DNA of 64,000 nucleotides from Spironucleus salmonicida (Eukaryota): NCBI RefSeq assembly GCF_000497125.1, contig NC_090599.1, positions 1,178,001 to 1,242,000 of the forward strand, read 5' to 3'. Shown piece by piece: positions 12,343 to 23,769 of this stretch (position 1 is its first letter; each line of letters starts with the position of its first letter). The notes under the pieces were generated by a model. It saw only the letters and a program-made list of their open reading frames with translations, ran no database searches and was not told where the DNA came from. The position numbers and the translations under genes were made by a program.

Positions 12343-13920
12343 ATGAAACATATTCGTATATTTCTTAGAAAACCTAAACGGCTAGTTCCATTTACTCCAA
12401 AATACAATGGAACAATCCCTAGTTCTGAAAAATTATAATAGTAATCAACTATTCTTACTAGATCAACGCCTAAAACCCCAGTCATAAAAAAACCAGTCGA
12501 GGTCCCAACCCCTGCTCCTGCAAAAACATATCCTTATAAGCATACATATTTCTTTACCTAGGCATCACTTTGTCAGCGCTCCCTTATTAATTCGCTCGTT
12601 ACTTCCATGGCATCTTTAGATCCTACAGTTACGGTTTCACCTCTCATGCGTACAAAGCTTTCTGATTACTAGTATGCTCAATTTTTCATCAAATTCTAGG
12701 TACCTGAGTTATATTTTGCTGATTTGGGACCTTACTTAGAAGGAAAATTTATCACAAAAATTCATATTGTTTATCGAGCAAATGCTATTGGCCTCCATAA
12801 AGAGCTTATTCACAACTGCAATTATTTTATAGCACGAAATAGGTTGACAGCATCATCACTACCTGAAGCCTATCTCCATTTTACATAAACTGCTGTTATA
12901 TTTGGTGGAAACGTTGCAGACCAGACTGCCAGTTAATATTCTCCTAATGGGCCGTTTCTTGGGGTAGCAGTTTGTGCAGGAATTACTAAACTCTTTTGTT
13001 TACTAGGGCGTATGCTTGGTCTTAATGTTATAGGGACTGTAGGCAATACGAAATCTGGTGAGTTCCACGCCTGGAATTTATTACAGCTTGGCAAAGGATG
13101 GTATCACGCTGATTTTACTTGGTGCTTAACGGACAGTTTTCCAAGGTATTTCTAGATTAGTGATACAGAACTAGGGCATGTGAGTTTACATATTTTACCT
13201 AAATGTATTAATAAAGAGAAAAGTTATCTTGCAACACACAAAATGGTATCTGAGCGTCCTGATGAGGTAGTTAAGTGTTTTGAAAGATAGTACTTAAATG
13301 GGCGTGTATGTATATAAAATACTTAACTTGCTAATAAGGATGTAATAAAAATTATTGAGGATGGGTTAGAGATCTTTAATCGGAGACTTCGACGTAAATA
13401 TTAATTGGGGAATAAAGATTTGAGAGTCGTAGGATAGACAAGTTTAGACGTATTTACTGATGGTAATTATGTGTGCTTGTAATCAGCAGGACGGGTCAAC
13501 CCTTAAAAAATTCACCTTATATATATCCTAGGAGACAAATCTGGTATCGTTTCTATTTCTGAAAAGTTAGTAATTAAGCAACTTCTAGGTGGTAAACACG
13601 AATTTCGTGTGGAGCTTAACTGTTTGAACGCATAAAGAGCGGAAAACACAGTTTTGGTTTTGCGGGAAATGCTCCTAATCTCATCATACGAGACTAAGCG
13701 TTATATTTTCATGAGCGAATTGAAGGTAGTAAATAATAGAATCAATTTCTGCCTCAAATAAGACCGCAACATCGCAATAGCTCCCACAGCGAGTCGGCTT
13801 TCACGGGGTGGAACATTCCTCATGAAAACGACGGTTGCTAGACTCAAATCATAACTAAAATAACGCTTATAGGTAAATATAGTCTAATAATGGGAGTATT
13901 GTATTATTAAAGTAGAGTGA
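12343..13920 (+). CDS. Transglutaminase-like (Cys-His-Asp, papain-fold) protein
   Basis: AVCAGITKLFCLLGRMLGL..HAWNLLQLGKGWYHADFTW; intact 525-aa frame; stop in AGTGA context. Confidence 0.85.
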
Positions 13921-13928
13921 GTATAAAT

Positions 13929-14219
13929 TCACTTGGAGTCAGATTTATCGGCCGAATTTATTGTTAGCACTCTCTAGTTGCTTTTTATTATACTCATATT
14001 TCGTTCGATCTTCTCATAAAAGCGTTCATATGCCGTAGTTCTCTTTATGAGGTCATGTGCGACAATTTTTTAATTATTAAGTTTAAACAAAATGTCTATC
14101 CATTTTTAACAATGAGGAGGTTTCAGGAACTGCATAGTTGATTATATGACACATAGTAGAGGAATTGATATTGCTATCTATAATACTAGAATAAGAAGTT
14201 ATAATGGTGTTCTTGCCAT
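13929..14219 (-). CDS. 96-aa protein with an N-terminal hydrophobic segment; paralog of 7157-7447
   Basis: MARTPLQLLILVLQIAISIPLLCVIQ...EKIERNMSIIKSNQRVLTINS; stop in AGTGA context. Confidence 0.65.
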
Positions 14220-14897
14220 TTTATGGAAGAATTTTTTAATTTTTATCATTGTGTATGGGTAAGTAACAACTACATTTCCTAAACTGAAAACAAATAATTT
14301 ATTTTTAGATTAAATTATCGCATGCACATCTATATATATTAAAATTATTTTAACCATAAATTTCAAATTATGAAACTGACACAAAATTTTATTCAAGATT
14401 AATATTTATTAAAAAAATATATCTATTGTTGATTATTATGAAAAATATATTTCTTAGTTTCAATTTATTTTGTTAGAAATAATTAAACGCCTTATGTACT
14501 TTAATTATTAGTTATTAATTAATATTCAAAACTAGGTTGTAAGTTTGAAATACCTAGTTATAGTATAGTACCCGATCTACTAAAAATTATAACAATAATT
14601 ATTCGTAAATATAATTTTGATATATTTAAAAATAATATATTTATATAATAAACTATAAAACTGGCTTTAAGTAATATAGTGTGCTTCTGCCTTATTTTAA
14701 TTCATAAAGAAGTTTTATAGTGATTGTTATTCGAATCTGTTGTCAAATTTTAGTAATATAACTATTATTTACATTTATAAACGATTTATTCTTGTATATA
14801 TTTAATCTAGTAAATTTAATGGTTCTGCTATCTTGAATTAGTAAAGACGTCTATATTATAATTTAATATTTTTACCATCCAGTTACTAACCCTATAA

Positions 14898-16391
14898 ATG
14901 TTAATCTGCTTATTTTAAAATATAATTACTGATCCATTTGCAGAAATGTAGTCAAAACCCTGTTTTTAAGGAATTTTAGATAAAATAATCAACTTTTGCC
15001 CAGAATTTTCTCCACACTCTGCTGTACACTAGATTTTAGCGTTACAGCTTACAAATTGTTATAGGGTGAGTGCTGGATTATATAAACTTAATTGTGCAGA
15101 TGCGCTAAATGTCGATTCACCTAATTAAAAATCTGTCAAAAATTGTTTAAAATAACTTGGAAATGATGAAATTGGAACACTTTTAGGATTATACGCATAA
15201 TAAATTGATAGAATCTAAGATGGGTGCTTTTATTTGACTATTAATAATTTTAACTAAAAAGCAGCAGTTGTTAGTAGGAATTTATTGAATTCTTCAATAA
15301 ATTCTGTTAACTAACTTGATATCATGGGGTAGAAATTAGGATAGAATATTGAAGTCAGTACGGAGTTGTAAAGCTAATTTTAAGCTCTTTCTGTCCTTTT
15401 ATAAGTTCATGAAAAGGAGTAAATTAGTGCTTTTAAAGAAGTAGTAAAAACAGCTTAAAATATAGCAAATTTATCTACAAACTCATAAAAAATACTACGA
15501 TAATTTTCTGATAATTTTCAGACATAAGCATAAAAGTCGAATGTTATTTAAAACAATATATTTTAGAGTATGAAATAGCTGGGAATTAGTGTAGAGAATT
15601 TAGATTTTAATGTTGAAAGTATGGAAAAATCTTCAAAAAATATTGTAAAAGGACTAAACTAGTCAAACAAGATTATATCAGAGCAACTAGAGAAAGTAAT
15701 TAATATTGATGCTAATCTCATTAAGGTGGAAAATTTATCCCAAAAATCAATTGAAAGCTTAATAGATACATATAAACTAATAGACGACAATTAGCAGAAA
15801 GTATCATTCGAAGTAACTAAAATTAATGCAGAAATATCCTAAATACTTAAAAACTTAGATAATATAAAATTTACATAACAAAAGTCTATATTTTCAATCC
15901 TTCCAGTATAATCTGGTTTTATAAGCTTTCATATTGGCGTATTATCTCTCCTTTATTTATGTCATATGCTTTTTAGTATGGATTTTTAGCCTATTCGCCG
16001 TATTGCTATGTTATTTTTAGGAATTGAAATCAGCATTGTAAATTTCTCTAAGCTAGTATCACACATGTTGTTTTGCAATATTTATGTACCAATATTTGTA
16101 AAGTTCAACAAACTAAAGTTATTTAAGCTAGGCAGAAGTGATCTTTTACAGAGCAGGAGTTACAACATTTATGCATTTTTAAAAGGTTCAAACGAATAAT
16201 AATGCATGTATTAACCAAATTTAGTAGCATTTTCTTATCTAATCCGTTTTATAGAGATTTTTATTCTGCTAAAAATAGAAGTTGTGGAGTATTTAAGAGG
16301 CAATAAGGTGGATAAATATGTGAGTACGCCATAAAGACATATCAAGCATAGTATTACGCCAAATCAAACTATGAGAGCGTCAAATAAGTGA
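14898..16391 (+). CDS. GEX1: GEX1/KAR5/Brambleberry-family nuclear membrane fusion protein
   Basis: Cys-rich domain PCFQ..NFC..LALQLTNCYRVSAGL..NC..NCLKQL..Y..IDRIQDGCFYL, then a long coiled coil, then C-terminal hydrophobic segments; 497 aa. Confidence 0.8.
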
Positions 16392-16669
16392 ATTTCGAGT
16401 TTATTTCTGCAGTTTTTATCTGATATTGTCCATCAGTAAAACCAAATCTATCTTGCATACATTATCATTCACATTACAACCAAGCCAATCAAGTAATTCT
16501 AAACATGGAACCCTCATAATTAAGTGAAATTAAGCACCTACGTCACAAATAAACTGTCTTTTCAACTCCAACGTGCCTACATACCAATTTTCCGCCTTAA
16601 ATAAAAAACCAATATTATCATTTTTACAAATAAATTATAATTATTATATATTTATATATAATATATTTT

Positions 16670-17230
16670 TCACTCCTCCATCTTCACTTTTTTGGCTCCC
16701 TCGATCATTTGTATCTCAAAATCCTCAATTTCTTGCCTTAGTACTGCCTTGACTTTCCTGGCATATGCTATCGATTTTTGCAGTTTCTCTCTCAACATTC
16801 CCTTTTGAATTGCGTTTTCCACTTCTTTTTGAATATTTTCCAAATTTTCTTAAAGTTTGTTTATGGCGTCGGTCAAATTTTGCTTTTCCAGCTGTTTTTC
16901 GTAAATTTCGATCTCAATTTGCGCGAATTTCTAGGCGATCGGGGCCGCAAAAGGCGTTCCGATCCCCAAAACGGCCGCCGCGTTTGCCAAATCCCTGTGG
17001 ATTTCGTTAAAATCCGATGTGAATGTTGTCTGGTTCTGCATCAGTTCGTTTTGCTGTTATATGTTTATTATATGTTTTCTGATGTTTTCGCAATTTTTCA
17101 AAACTGAAGAATTTATTGCTTTGAATGACGACAGCGCGTATTAAAGAATGCTAATTGATGTGTTGTTGGGTTCAAAATCTAGCTACTGGTTGGGGAAAAT
17201 TTGTTAGAGCAGGGTTGAGACTTATTGCAT
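16670..17230 (-). CDS. Coiled-coil protein resembling augmin subunit HAUS1
   Basis: QVSTLLQQIFPNQQLDFEPNNTSISIL..DLANAAAVLG; 186 aa; stop in AGTGA context. Confidence 0.55.
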
Positions 17231-17665
17231 ATTGAGAATTTTAATAATATATGGTTAATAATGAATAATAATGGATAGTTTTTTGGAAAACTGTATTGGC
17301 AAGTTCTAAATGTTTAAAACGGTTTGCCAGAGGTTTAAGTGGTAGTATTCGAATAAAGAAGCTAGATAAGAGGAAATAGCAAGAATTTTATAAAATCAGA
17401 TGTTTAGAAATTTAATATTTATTTATTATATATCTTATAGAAGATGATAAAACTAAAAAAATACAATATAACTTAAACCATATAATAGCAATTGTATGAA
17501 GCGGATAAAGTGCGCATAAACCACAACTAAAAATATAGTAATAAATGTTAATATTCAGTTAATTTAGCATTAAGCAAATGCTAAAAACGGAAAATTTAAA
17601 GATACATACAGTTTGTCATATATAATGGGTTTATTAATAAAATTCATCTATACTTTCCGCAAAAA

Positions 17666-18631
17666 ATGGGTTGCTCTGCAGATCAGAAAGTAGTTGAATC
17701 TAACAACACTCTTAACGGCCTTGCCTCTACTGATAAGTATACTTAGGCTGCAGAACGTCTTTATAAGGCTATGAAGGGTTCTGGAACTGACGAAGATGAA
17801 ATTATTGCCGTAGCTTCTACTTTCTCTGACGAGGAGCGTCTTATGATTGCTGAAGCTTTCAATAAGTAATATAGCAAGTGCATGATTGAAAGTTTGAAGA
17901 AAGACTTATCTGGAGATTTTGAAAAGTTAATGCTTGAATTATTCTCTGGTAAGAAATATACCAAATGGGCTGAGTTCATCCAGGCTACTATCAAGGGTGC
18001 AGGCACTGACGAGAAGCGTTTAATCCCTCTCGTTTTCTTGATGACCGACGAAGACCAGGTTAAGGTCTAGTCTGAGTTCAAGAGACTTTACAAAGAGGAT
18101 ATGGTTGAGAAGATCGTAGCTGATATCGGTAGTGCAGACTGGTGCCAGTTAATCAAAGGTTGGATTAAGGCCAAGAGTACTGGTAATGCTGATGCTGAAG
18201 GTTTAGCTGACGAGCTTTTCGAAGCTGCCAAGGGTGCCGGTACTGATGAGGAGACTTTCATGATTGTTCTCTGCAAATGTACCCCCGCTTTATATGTTGA
18301 AGTATGCAAGGTATTTGCTACCAAGTATAACAAGACCCTCGGTGACGTCATCGAGAAGGAAATGTCCGGTAAAAACGAGCATGCCTTCTTGCTTGCCCAC
18401 TACACCTTGCTTGACAGAAGACAAGCAATTGCTTATCAGATCAACAAGGCAATTAAGGGTGCTGGAACAGACGACAAGAGCCTTATTTAGCTCACTGTTT
18501 TATTCTCAGATATCGTTAAGGGTGGTGCCCTCCAGTAGGCTTATTCCTAATTTGGTGATATCGCTAAAGATATCAAGGGAGATCTTTCTGGTAGTTACGA
18601 AAAGGCTGTCTTGGCTTTCTGGGGCTTGTGA
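17666..18631 (+). CDS. Annexin (alpha-giardin relative) with an N-terminal MGC motif
   Basis: Four annexin repeats with KGSGTDE / KGAGTDE / KGAGTDE / KGAGTDD and DLSG motifs; N-terminus MGCSADQK; 321 aa. Confidence 0.95.
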
Positions 18632-19932
18632 TTCCTATATGGTTTATTTTTATTACTATTTAAAGCTAGTTTTGTATTTGTTTTAGTACAATTATTATTA
18701 GTCACCTATTAATGATATCTTAATTTATGGTCAATATTATAATTAGAAATAACCTGATAATTAATTTTAGCTCATATACTTTTACTAAATTTATATTTTC
18801 GAGGTTCAGTATTCTAGATATATAGTAATTAAAATAAGATGGACAATTTATAATGATCTTTTATGATTTTAAGTGGTTTTTATTAGTTGTAAATAACTAA
18901 TTCTGAAAGATTCTTAAAAATCTAAACCAAATTGAATAATTTTTATTTCAGACTTTCTTAAATAATAATATAACATATAAAATCTTCATTTAGTTAATGA
19001 TATATTTATAAATTATACTTAGTTATTCTATTTATAAATAGCATTGCCTGAGATGTCTTAATTTTTAATTAGTACAATTTATTATTATATTTTAGATAAT
19101 TTAACATTTTCTATTTATGCTCATGCTATAATTATAATGTTAATAAACTACCATAACATAAAATTTCATTGAGAGAATTTATCATAATTATCAGTGTTAG
19201 ATAATTCTCTATGTCAGTCACTATTAAGATAATAGTTAAACAATTTAGAAACATTTGTACAATAATATAAGCAAAATATTTAGTGGAACCGCTAATAACT
19301 ACTTTTTAAATATAATCTGATTTTATTTACGCTTAGAATATTTCTAAATAGATATAAGTAGTATTCTTTATAAGTTGTTTATCTAATGCATAATTTAATT
19401 ACTTTTTACTCTAAGGGAATTTTAAAATAAGCTGAGTTTAAATGATGACAATTAGTTTCTATTATTATTTTATCAGATAGTCAGTCATAGTTATTCGATA
19501 ATACTATATATTCATATTATGAGTTATTCAATATTGTAAATCATTTAATAGTTTTCGAAATTTTACTATAAATTTGTATAAACAAACATACTTATGCAGC
19601 AAACTAAATAGTTGTAGGCTCATTTAACATGCATAAAGTATCATAGAATGATAAATTTTTTTGCCAGAACTATATTCTATCATATGACAGCGTGCAATCT
19701 AATCATTAATTTCCTATATTCAAGGCATGATTACAATATTTTACCAAATTGTAGTCACTATATTATTTTTTTATTGTAGCCTATTTTAAAAATTATAACT
19801 ATTCCACATTCTTATATAATATTATATACTAATAAGTCCAAAACCAATTTCGTATTTTCACAATTTACCATTTTGCTTCTCAAACACTACATAAAAGCTT
19901 CCAGATGACAATATCCCCCAAAACTAACCAAC

Positions 19933-21285
19933 TCACTCCCCCTCGTCAAACCAAAACGGTTCCTCACCTCCCTCCTCCAAATCACCATCGAAACTGATCC
20001 CGAAGCGCAGCGCTCGTTTTGCGGCGTGCAAAAAGCCCTCAAAATCATCGAAAAGCTGTGAATTTGCAACTTTCGCAGCAATAAGAAATCGGTCTTTAAG
20101 ATGTTCAATTTGTAGCTTTTTGAAAAAATGGGAAACTCGGTCGCAGGTCAACTCGGAATTCAGGCTGTTAAGGTAGGTTTAAATACCCTGAAAATCGGCA
20201 TATAGAGGTTTCATTTTACATTTCTAAACTTCATTTTCCGCTCCTTCGTTATCGCCGATATTTTCGATGATCTGGCAGTTGAAGTTGTCACAGGTGTTAC
20301 AGTAGTATATTTCTGGGTGCTCAAAAGCACTGAATTTGGTCATGCAGTCATTGCACTGCACCGTAAGAGCTTTTCTTCCGATTTAAAAGGTTTTTAAGTA
20401 AATTTTCTTAAAATGTGACTTTACAAAATCAACATCACCCTCAACTGGTAAGAAGCGTCTACAAACTGGGCATGAAAACAATCCCTAGGCCATAAGCTCG
20501 TCGTAGCAGTGCTCATGGAGGCCATGATTGCAGTTAAGGACAATCGCTCCATATATTGATTTTTTGAGTGTTCCCAGACAAACAACACAGTTTCCAATCT
20601 CCTAGAGACACTTATGCTCTTTAATAAAGCTTGATGGATAGCAACTTTCGCATATCTCACAATGTGTATTTTCGGCCTAAATTCCGACCATACAACATCC
20701 ACAGCCTGAGCAGTGGTAGTTTGGTTTAGCCTCGGGTCCAATTCCACAAACAAGTTTGCAGATATCGCAGTAAAATTCACCAAATTTAGTGTTACAGAGT
20801 TCACAGGTGATGCCAGGTTTTGTCAGTTTAAGGCATATGTTACAGGAGAAGAATTCGGTCTTCTCGCGAGGCAGTTCGTGGTCCTCATTGTCGTCGTGAC
20901 AGAGCCTGCACGGGTAAATTTTCTTGCAGTCGAAGCATTGCTTACTGCAGTTTCGCAGATAGTGTGTGCAGCCGGTCGAGGTGGACAGGTAGTTCCTGGC
21001 GTAAATAGTTTCGGATGGTGCCAGGGCAGATAGCCGGGGGTTTTCGAGGAGTTTGCTGTAGTTGAGCTAGTTTTGGTAGTCTGTTAGCTCTGGGTCGTAG
21101 TGCGAGACAGGCAGGTGTCTGTAGGTTAGCAGCAGCTCCTCGCGCTGCTGCTTTTCGCGCTCGGGAGAGAGGACCTGGTAGACGAAATCTTTAAGTACTA
21201 TGTGGTCCTCCTCGATGTCCGGATCGGAGCACCCGGGCTTCAGCTTGAACACAAACCTGCGCACGATTTCGTTTTTGAAAGACAT
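19933..21285 (-). CDS. CHY zinc finger/CTCHY/RING protein (Pirh2/RCHY1-like E3 ligase)
   Basis: GCTHYLRNC..CFDCKKIYPCRLCHD, RING CVVC..CNHGLHEHC..CPVC, C-terminal CNDC..CNTC ribbon. Start codon inferred. Confidence 0.88.
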
Positions 21286-21343
21286 TTTAGAACGGTTGGC
21301 GAAAAGCAATCGGAAGTTCATATTATACGGCAAGCATCATATG

Positions 21344-22051
21344 TCAAAAATCGATCGCATTCTGATGATTGGTATGAGCGCGGCGGGCCTTGGAGCAGAT
21401 GCTGGCCAGCTTGCTTGATCGGCTGGGTGGCAATTTGTTGCCTTCTGCATTCTGATGGCGTATCGTTGGAATGTTAATCTCGGCATTTTCAGAGTGCGGC
21501 CTCAGCGCTAGATCTGTCGTTGCCATCATGGAGCTGGAACGCACGCGCGGGCTGTTAAGCATGCGCACCGATAGGTCCTTCTGCTGTCTGGCGGAAACCG
21601 AGTAGGTGCTAGCCTTGGTCGGTATTTCTATCGTCATGGGCGCGGTGTTAAAGCCAGAGAACATAATGTCCTGCTTTTTGTTTTTGGGGGACTGCACTCT
21701 GTTGACAAGCGCATATATCCTGGAGTTGAGGCATACGCTGGTTTTGCTTTTGGTCGGGGACCGGCCTTTGTAAATCCTGTCCAGGGTGCGCATCCTCTGC
21801 TGCGTTTCTGCCCGGACGAAGGCGTCAAAAATGCAATCATCGACTATCTTCGCGCAGATGGCGATGTGCTAGTTGTACAATGGGGTGATAAGGCCCATCT
21901 CTGCGTCGATTTGCTACACTAACTCCTCGCACGCCACGGCGCACCTACGTTACAGTATCTCCTGCTGCTCGAGGGTGTAGGACTGGTTGTTCGACAGGAG
22001 CTGAATGAACACCGTGGAGTCGGAGCTGTCCACTAGCGATACGAATGACAT
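21344..22051 (-). CDS. Hypothetical protein (235 aa)
   Basis: Open frame with TAR=Gln that includes ORF-track 21344-21793. Confidence 0.65.
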
Positions 22052-22306
22052 TTTGTAAATTTTATAATTCTAATTTCGGCAATATTACTATTTGGCTTCA
22101 GATTATCACTTTGAGCCATTCGAGAGTTTTGTTCCCAAAATGTTCGATTTGGGTCCAGGATCATCTCGCAGTGCAGACCCATGATGGTGGTGTAACCCGG
22201 TAGGCGATGGTCCACGCATCAGGCTTGATACCCGTGGCATAATCCACCCAGACCCATGTCGGTCCACGCCGGATATTTGTAGTATTGTATTCCACTATAC
22301 GCTCCC

Positions 22307-23517
22307 AAAGAAATGCTCGGCCTGAACGACGCGGGGGCGCGCTGCGTGCCCCAGCTGCTGCGCCAGATCCGCCTCGCCTCCCCGGCCCAGGACCCCGTCG
22401 TGCACCGCAACTTCCTCCACCAGCAGGCACGCCCGCTCCCCACCAGCAGCCTGCGCGTGAGGATCACCTGCCAGAAGACCGCCGCCAAGAAGCTGCTCGC
22501 GCGCGTGGCCGACCTCGCCGAGCGCTCCCACCAGATCGACCTGAAGGTGAAGCGCATGATCCAGCGGCTGGACTTCCTGGTCGGTATCAACGAGCTGTGA
22601 CCGCTCCGAATGCAGCTGTACCGGCGCCTCCGCTTGCCCCGACTCCAGGGCAGCCGCACCCCCTGCACCCCGGCCGGGGACCAGAACCACCTGCTGCGGC
22701 TCTCGGACCTCTTCGCCTCCGCCTCGCCCTTCGCGGCCCAGTACCTCCCGCAGGTGCAGGCCCTCGCCGCGGACTTCGGCATCCCCTACGCGCCGCTGCA
22801 GCTCCAGGTGGTCACCAACGCCTTCTCCAGCGACCCCGAGGTGCTGCGGCTCCTGGACGTGCGGCGCGTGGCGGCGGTCCTGCAGCGCGCGATGGAGCAC
22901 CACGCCGCCGCGGCCCAGTTCGGCTGCCAGCTGGCGCGCGCGGTGCAGCACGACCCCCCGGGGGCGCCCCTGCGTGGTGCCGCGGGACAGCTGCTGGACC
23001 ACCTCTGCGGCTGCGCCTTCTGGGGCCAGGGCCCGCGCACCCCCGCGTCCTACCTCGCCTGGGGCCTGCGCTACCTGGGCCACCACAGCGCGCCGGGCGT
23101 GCGGCTGCTGGCGGGCTTGCTGCAGGACCCGGACGCCCAGCAGATGGCGGCGGAGGGCCTCGTGGCCGCTGCGGGTGCGGACCCCTCCCTGCTCCCGGAG
23201 CTCCTAGCCTGCCTGCCCGTGTCCCACGCCAGCTGCGACGCCGTGCTGCAGGTGGCGGAGGAGCTGGCCTTCGCGCCGGACATGGCCGCCTTCTTCGTCG
23301 CCCGGTGCGGCGAGATGGTCCCCCTCTGCGCATCCTTCGAGCGGCGTGCGGCCTTCCTGGACTGCCTGCGGGCCTGCATCGCACACCTGTCCGCCGAGGA
23401 CTACCTGGACCTGGGCGGGTGCCTGACGGGCCTGCTGGCAGCCTGGGACGACGAGGACCTGCGCGAGCGGATGGACCTCATGGGCGAGGACTTTGGGGTG
23501 CAGCTGGGATGGTATTG
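22307..23517 (+). repeat. GC-rich inverted repeat A, left arm
   Basis: Reverse complement of about 28477-29686 (position sum 51993); a few SNPs and a fuzzy inner end. Confidence 0.97.
22313..22600 (+). CDS. Hypothetical 95-aa protein (arm A)
   Basis: High GC3 frame; C-rich sequence upstream of the ATG; second copy at 29393-29680. Confidence 0.65.
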   Translation: MLGLNDAGARCVPQLLRQIRLASPAQDPVVHRNFLHQQARPLPTSSLRVRITCQKTAAKKLLARVADLAERSHQIDLKVKRMIQRLDFLVGINEL

Positions 23518-23536
23518 GCGCGTATAATAATGGTGA
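22610..23536 (+). CDS. Leu/Ala-rich alpha-helical hypothetical protein (arm A)
   Basis: High GC3 frame; extends past TAA TAA to TGA at 23534. Confidence 0.7.
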
Positions 23537-23769
23537 TTATTGTCAAATACTTATTATTCGTCAGATTAAATCATTCACTACAATAGAATTTTTCATATTT
23601 GCTGATTTACCAATTTAAATGAAATATTTTATTAAATTCTTTATTAATAAAAATAATTAGAATGCTAAAAACTTGAATAAAATTCCAAAATTAATAATAT
23701 CTTTAAATAGTTTAGACCTAATCATAATTATATTGATGAGTAAATTTGATAATATAACAAAAATTAAAT

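Noticed and set aside
10184-13920. Helitron or other Pif1-carrying mobile element (Pif1 next to a cysteine-protease-like gene, partly duplicated)
   Set aside because: No HUH Rep domain was seen. Pif1 ends at TGA 12286 and the next gene has its own C-rich upstream motif and ATG; no terminal structures were found.
18700-19800. Possible genes in very AT-rich stretches (also 14230-14890, 32720-33700 and 50600-51150)
   Set aside because: The frames examined hit TGA early or gave no protein-like signal; not all frames were checked exhaustively.
22120-22160. tRNA suggested by GTTCGAT...CCA
   Set aside because: No cloverleaf (acceptor, D or anticodon stems) could be built.
22285-23586. Long Arg/Pro/Gly-rich alternative ORFs in the arms (433 aa, 306 aa, 292 aa, 273 aa and others)
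   Set aside because: Shadow frames of high-GC3 genes; their composition is what off-frame GC-rich DNA produces.
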